From NCBI GenBank assembly GCA_028865345.1, contig JAGWKL010000003.1:64184-128183 (forward strand): DNA of 64,000 nt, read 5' to 3'. A program made the position numbers and the translations under genes. The first letter of the stretch is position 1; every line of letters begins with the position of its first letter. This DNA comes from Candidatus Omnitrophota bacterium (GTDB lineage Bacteria > Omnitrophota > Gorgyraeia > Zapsychrales > Fredricksoniimonadaceae). Shown in pieces: positions 59,456 to 64,000 of this stretch. Below the pieces are notes generated by a model. It was not told where the DNA came from. It saw only the letters and a program-made list of their open reading frames with translations, and searched no databases.

Positions 59456-60799
59456 ATGGGCAGGACGGAAACAAAACAGGAAAAAGAAGAACTGAAAGAA
59501 AACGGGAACGGCAACGGCGATTATAAGCCCGCCAACCCTCAAGGCAAGACCATAAATATAGAAGCGTTGAAAGACATGAAGATGGCGGAGCTGACCAAGC
59601 TCGCCCGCGACATGGACATCCAGGGCGCTTCCGTCCTTAAAAAACAGGACCTGATGTTCAAGATCCTGCAAGTGCAGGCGGAAAAAGAAGGTCTGATGTT
59701 CGGCGAAGGCACCCTGGAAATATTGACCGAGGGTTTCGGTTTTTTAAGGAGCGCCAAATACAACTACCTGCCCTGCCCGGATGACATTTATATTTCACCT
59801 TCTCAGATCCGCCGGTTTGATCTTAAGACCGGGGATACGGTCTCCGGCCAGATCCGGCCGCCCAAGGAAGGTGAGAAGTATTTTGCCCTTTTAAAGGTAG
59901 AGGCGGTCAATTTTGAAAATCCTGAAAAATGCAAAGACAAGATATTCTTCGATAACCTCACGCCCCTGTATCCCAAGGAACGCCTGAACCTGGAAACCGT
60001 CCAGCAGGAGGTGTCCACGCGCATCATCAATTTGCTGACACCCATTGGTAAGGGGCAGCGCGCCTTGATTGTGGCCCCGCCTTATAGCGGCAAGACCGTG
60101 CTGTTACAAAAAGTGGCCAATGCCATTGTGCATAACCACCCGGAGGTCATCCTGATCGTGCTTTTGATCGATGAGCGCCCGGAAGAAGTCACGGACATGC
60201 AAAGGTCGGTCAAAGGGGAGGTCATTGCCTCCACCTTTGATGAGCCGGCCGAGCGCCATGTGCAGATCGCTGAGGTCGTCATTGAGAAAGCCAAACGCCT
60301 GGTGGAGCACAAGCGCGACGTGGTGATTCTTTTGGACAGCATCACGCGTCTGGCCCGCGCGTATAACACCGTGGTGCCGCATTCCGGCAAGATCCTTTCC
60401 GGCGGTGTGGATTCCAACGCGCTCCATAAACCCAAACGTTTCTTCGGCGCGGCCCGTAATATAGAGGAAGGCGGTTCGCTGACGATCATCGCCACCTCGC
60501 TCGTTGATACCGGCAGCCGCATGGATGAGGTCATCTTTGAAGAGTTTAAAGGCACCGGCAACATGGAATTGCAGCTTGACCGCAACCTGTTCCAGCGCCG
60601 CATTTATCCGGCCATCGACATCAAACGTTCCAATACCCGCCATGAAGAGCTCTTGGTGCCGGCCTCGGACCTGCAACGCGCCTGGCTTTTGCGCAAGGCC
60701 TTCAATGACCTTAATTCCGCGGAGGCCATGGAGCTTTTGATCGACAAGATCTCGAAATATAAGACCAACGCAGATTTCTTGCAAAATATGAATAAATGA
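59456..60799 (+). CDS. rho: Transcription termination factor Rho (with low-complexity N-terminal insertion)
   Basis: CSD/OB N-domain. Walker A APPYSGKT. RecA-like C-domain. 447 aa. Confidence 0.9.
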   Translation: MGRTETKQEKEELKENGNGNGDYKPANPQGKTINIEALKDMKMAELTKLARDMDIQGASVLKKQDLMFKILQVQAEKEGLMFGEGTLEILTEGFGFLRSAKYNYLPCPDDIYISPSQIRRFDLKTGDTVSGQIRPPKEGEKYFALLKVEAVNFENPEKCKDKIFFDNLTPLYPKERLNLETVQQEVSTRIINLLTPIGKGQRALIVAPPYSGKTVLLQKVANAIVHNHPEVILIVLLIDERPEEVTDMQRSVKGEVIASTFDEPAERHVQIAEVVIEKAKRLVEHKRDVVILLDSITRLARAYNTVVPHSGKILSGGVDSNALHKPKRFFGAARNIEEGGSLTIIATSLVDTGSRMDEVIFEEFKGTGNMELQLDRNLFQRRIYPAIDIKRSNTRHEELLVPASDLQRAWLLRKAFNDLNSAEAMELLIDKISKYKTNADFLQNMNK

Positions 60800-60845
60800 T
60801 GTAATATAACGCCTTCAAAAATCCGATATAAGGAGCTATAAGGAA

Positions 60846-61049
60846 ATGAAAGCTGAAATTCATCCCAAATACGAGGAAGCCACCATCACGTGCGCCTGCG
60901 GGAATGTGATCCACACAAGGGCCACCAAGAAATTGATCCGTGTGGAAATTTGTTCCCAATGTCATCCGTTTTTCACCGGCGCCAAGAAGTTTGTGGACAC
61001 AGCCGGCCGCATTGAACGTTTCAACAAACGTTATGCTAAGACCAAATGA
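60846..61049 (+). CDS. rpmE: 50S ribosomal protein L31
   Basis: [30 protein letters not shown]. Confidence 0.9.
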   Translation: MKAEIHPKYEEATITCACGNVIHTRATKKLIRVEICSQCHPFFTGAKKFVDTAGRIERFNKRYAKTK

Positions 61050-62115
61050 TGAAGCAAAGTTGGTCAAGGCCCACCAACGTTATGCCGAACTCGAAGTTCT
61101 TCTGGCCGACGAGAAGGTTGTATCCGATGCAAACCAGATGGCCAAGCTTGCCAAAGAGTTTTCCAGCTTAGGCAACCTCATCGAGCTTTACCGCTCCTAT
61201 CAAAAGACCGTAAGCCACATCCATGAGTCTCAGGAAATCCTGAAATCCAAAGGGGATGCCGAATTCAAAGAGCTTGCCCAAAGCGAGCTCCTTTCTCTGG
61301 AACCCCGATTGAAAGAATTGACCGGTCAGCTGACGGATTATTTGGACCCATCCAAGAACGAGCCGGACAAAAACATCATCGTTGAGATCAGGGCAGGCAC
61401 CGGCGGCCTGGAAGCGAGCTTGTTTGCCGCGGATCTTTATCGCATGTACACGAAATACGCGGACCTCAAGGCATGGAAGCTGGAACTCATGTCTTACACG
61501 GACACTGAAGCCGGCGGCGTCAAGGAAGTGGTGTTTTCTTTAAGCGGCCGCGAGTGCTCCAAGCGTCTGAAATGGGAAAGCGGCATCCATCGCGTGCAGC
61601 GTGTCCCGACGACCGAAGCTTCCGGGCGCATCCACACCTCGGCGGTCACGGTGGCCATCTTGTTTGAGCCTGAAGAAATCGACCTGGAGATCAATCCTAA
61701 AGACCTGAAGATCGATGTGTACCGTTCTTCCGGACCCGGCGGCCAGAGCGTCAATACGACCGATTCCGCGGTACGCATCACGCACCTTCCCTCGGGCACG
61801 GTGGTTGTTTGCCAGGACGAGCGTTCCCAGCTTAAAAACCGCGCCAAGGCCATGCGTATTTTGCGTGCCAGGATCCTGGACCATATGCAGCAGGAGGCTT
61901 TTCATAAAGAGTCGGCTTTACGCAAATCCCAGGTCGGCTCAGGCGACCGCAGCGAGAAGATCCGCACCTATAATTTCCCCGACCGCAGGGTCACGGACCA
62001 CCGCATCGGTTTCACCAGCCACCAACTGGAGAGCATCCTGAACGGGGACATGGATGAGTTGACCGGCGCACTCATGGCCGCGGAAAAAGACCTCAAAGAA
62101 CACGACCGGCAATAG
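61033..62115 (+). CDS. prfA: Peptide chain release factor 1
   Basis: PST tripeptide region, GGQ motif ([12 protein letters not shown]), RF-1 domain. Start chosen at the ATG giving the canonical N-terminus; overlaps rpmE by 17 nt. Confidence 0.9.
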   Translation: MLRPNDEAKLVKAHQRYAELEVLLADEKVVSDANQMAKLAKEFSSLGNLIELYRSYQKTVSHIHESQEILKSKGDAEFKELAQSELLSLEPRLKELTGQLTDYLDPSKNEPDKNIIVEIRAGTGGLEASLFAADLYRMYTKYADLKAWKLELMSYTDTEAGGVKEVVFSLSGRECSKRLKWESGIHRVQRVPTTEASGRIHTSAVTVAILFEPEEIDLEINPKDLKIDVYRSSGPGGQSVNTTDSAVRITHLPSGTVVVCQDERSQLKNRAKAMRILRARILDHMQQEAFHKESALRKSQVGSGDRSEKIRTYNFPDRRVTDHRIGFTSHQLESILNGDMDELTGALMAAEKDLKEHDRQ

Positions 62116-62120
62116 CTGAC

Positions 62121-62903
62121 ATGTCCGAAGACGAGATCATCCTGACGCATATTCTCCAATGCCGTGCCATTGATCTGGCCGTTGATGGCCTCGCATTGAC
62201 CCCCTCGCAGGAGGAACAATTCCGTCGATATAAATGCCGCCGCCTTGCCGGCGAGCCGTTGCAGTACATTTTAGGCTGCTGCGATTTTATGGGCCTGGAA
62301 TTGGGCGTCAACCCGACGGTTTTGGTGCCCAGGCCGGAGACCGAGCAGTTGGTCGATACGGCGTTGAAGTATTTTAAGGGAGGCGCTGCTTTGGATTTAG
62401 GCACCGGTTCGGGCAATATTGCCGTTGCCCTGGCGAAATTCGTTGAGCATTGCGAAGTTATCGCCATGGACAAATCAGCACAGGCCCTGGATACAGCGCG
62501 TGCCAATGCAAAGCGGCATGGCGTTATGCAGCGCATGACATTTATCCATGGGGACATGTCCAATGAGAAATTTATTTTAAATCTGCTGAAAGACGCCAAA
62601 TTTGACTTGGTCATTTCCAACCCGCCTTATATACCCACGGAACAATTAAGTACGCTGCCCCAAGATGTCCGGAAGGAACCGCCTGCCGCCTTAGACGGCG
62701 GCCGAGACGGTTTGAAATTTATCCGCATTATTATAAAATATACTCCTTGCTTGCTAAGAAAGGGCGCTTGTCTTATGATGGAATTCGGCGACGGTCAGGC
62801 CGAGGCTGTCAAACAGCTGGCCCAAGACACGCGCCTATTTTCCACTATAGAAATTTTTAAGGATTTAGCGGGGCGGGACAGGGTCATGAGGGCCGTCCTG
62901 TAG
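62121..62903 (+). CDS. prmC: Release-factor glutamine N5-methyltransferase
   Basis: NPPYIP catalytic motif. SAM-binding LDLGTGSGNIA. Confidence 0.9.
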   Translation: MSEDEIILTHILQCRAIDLAVDGLALTPSQEEQFRRYKCRRLAGEPLQYILGCCDFMGLELGVNPTVLVPRPETEQLVDTALKYFKGGAALDLGTGSGNIAVALAKFVEHCEVIAMDKSAQALDTARANAKRHGVMQRMTFIHGDMSNEKFILNLLKDAKFDLVISNPPYIPTEQLSTLPQDVRKEPPAALDGGRDGLKFIRIIIKYTPCLLRKGACLMMEFGDGQAEAVKQLAQDTRLFSTIEIFKDLAGRDRVMRAVL

Positions 62904-62912
62904 AAAGGCTTT

Positions 62913-64000
62913 ATGGAGAAATTTGTCATTGAGGGCGGCAAGCCTCTTAAGGGAGAGATCAAAACCAGCGGCTCCAAGAACGCGACCTTGCCGGTTTTAG
63001 CGGCGACTTTGTTGACCGACGGTGTTTGTGAAATCCGTAATATCCCCAAATTACGAGACACCTTGACCATGTGCAAGCTGCTGCGCAGCTTGGGCAAGAC
63101 GGTCGAGATCGGTGCCAATAAAGTGACGGTTTCCGGCAGCGTCAACAACCATGTGGCGGATTATAAGCTGGTTTCCACCATGCGAGGTTCTTTTTGCGTC
63201 CTGGGGCCTTTACTGGCTAAATTAGGAAAAGCCAAGGTTTCTATGCCCGGCGGATGCATTATCGGTGTGCGCCCGATTGATTTGCATATGAAAGGCATAA
63301 CGGCATTGGGCGTCAAATCGGACTTTGAAGCAGGTTATGTCATTGCGCGCGCCCCCCGATTGAAAGGCGCGCAGATGTATTTGGGGGGGACTTTCGGCTC
63401 ATCGGTCTTGGCCACGGCCAATGTCATGATGGCTGCAAGCCTGGCGCACGGGGAGACCGTCATCGAGTCCGCGGCCTGCGAACCGGAGATCGAGGAGTTG
63501 GGGGATTTTCTAAGCAGCATGGGCGCCAAGATCGAGGGGCAGGGAACGCCCCGCATCATCATCAACGGAGTCCGGAAATTAAACGGCATCAATTATAAAA
63601 TGGGGCCGGACCGTATCGAGGCCGGGACCTTCCTGCTTTTGGCCGCGGCAGCCAAAAGCGACATCCTGGTCAGGGACGCCCACTATAATCATTTGCTTGC
63701 CCTTATCGATAAATTGCAGATGATCGGGGTGGATGTGCAGAAAGACGGGGCGGACATCCGCGTTAAATGTAAAAAGACCCTGCGCCCGGCCAATATCGTC
63801 ACTCACCCTCATCCTGGGTTCCCGACGGACTTGCAGGCCCAGTACATGGCGCTCATGGCCATCACGCCGGGTGTGAGCATCATCACCGACAGGGTTTTTC
63901 CCGACCGCTTCATGCATATTGCCGAGCTCAACCGTATGGGAGCCTCGATCCGCCGCGATGCGGGTGTGGCCATTGTCGAGGGCGTTAAAAAATTATTCGG
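62913..64000 (+). CDS. murA: UDP-N-acetylglucosamine 1-carboxyvinyltransferase (partial; runs off the window end)
   Basis: MEKFVIEGGKPLKGEIKTSGSKNATLPVLAA N-terminus. Cys-loop region PGGCIIGVRPIDLH. No stop before position 64000. Confidence 0.9.
   Translation, partial: MEKFVIEGGKPLKGEIKTSGSKNATLPVLAATLLTDGVCEIRNIPKLRDTLTMCKLLRSLGKTVEIGANKVTVSGSVNNHVADYKLVSTMRGSFCVLGPLLAKLGKAKVSMPGGCIIGVRPIDLHMKGITALGVKSDFEAGYVIARAPRLKGAQMYLGGTFGSSVLATANVMMAASLAHGETVIESAACEPEIEELGDFLSSMGAKIEGQGTPRIIINGVRKLNGINYKMGPDRIEAGTFLLLAAAAKSDILVRDAHYNHLLALIDKLQMIGVDVQKDGADIRVKCKKTLRPANIVTHPHPGFPTDLQAQYMALMAITPGVSIITDRVFPDRFMHIAELNRMGASIRRDAGVAIVEGVKKLF

Noticed and set aside
60104-60784. 226-aa minus-strand ORF
   Set aside because: Antisense to rho. 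Its composition is not protein-like, and rho is unambiguous.

Overview
This 64-kb window is a densely packed, almost unidirectional stretch of bacterial chromosome: about 57 of 59 genes are on the + strand, and many junctions are 4-nt ATGA stop/start overlaps. TolC-like, RND and Lgt genes point to a Gram-negative cell; 2-oxoacid:ferredoxin oxidoreductase, radical-SAM, FIST and thioredoxin genes point to an anaerobe, probably from a poorly characterised lineage.

Most of the window is housekeeping. Recognisable genes include mtaB, lgt, split transketolase plus transaldolase, trpBA, erpA, thiC, bioB, korAB-like OFOR, trxB, fchA-folD, polA, glgA, coaE, rho, rpmE, prfA, prmC and murA. A beta-oxidation-like operon (PaaK-like ligase, thiolase, FadJ) is also present.

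Two accessory regions stand out.

1. A copper/silver-type metal resistance island at roughly 3.7-17.8 kb. It contains a secreted YHS-domain protein, an ECF sigma factor, a CusCBA-type RND efflux system, an anti-sigma-like membrane protein with a C-terminal Cys cluster, a very Met-rich periplasmic protein whose Met motifs are encoded by a GGC-ATG-ATG coding microsatellite, and a CPC-type P1B ATPase that starts with YHS and zinc-ribbon motifs instead of classical HMA domains. An MFS transporter, a Cys/His-rich secreted protein coupled to a DUF2231 membrane protein, a TPR protein and an SdpI-like protein follow.

2. A 1191-aa secreted multidomain protein at 19456-23031. It has a long N-terminal region I cannot place, a central atypical protein-kinase-like catalytic core (HxDxxxxN followed by DFD), and a C-terminal CHAT/caspase-like His-Cys dyad domain. 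It sits next to lgt and a tRNA-Lys(CUU) gene. I regard this as the most likely previously undescribed system here.

Other observations:
- A recurring ATGTGT-N11-ACACAT palindrome lies upstream of two unrelated operons.
- A strongly expressed 49-aa secreted peptide gene has its own operator and terminator.
- The OFOR operon has a sigma-70 promoter followed by a perfect 14-bp palindrome in its leader.
- The last 30 bp of a redoxin gene are tandemly duplicated.
- A pyridine-nucleotide-disulfide oxidoreductase homologue has lost both dinucleotide-binding motifs.
- A 611-aa protein of unknown function is transcribed divergently from bioB.

I found no CRISPR array, transposase or integrase.
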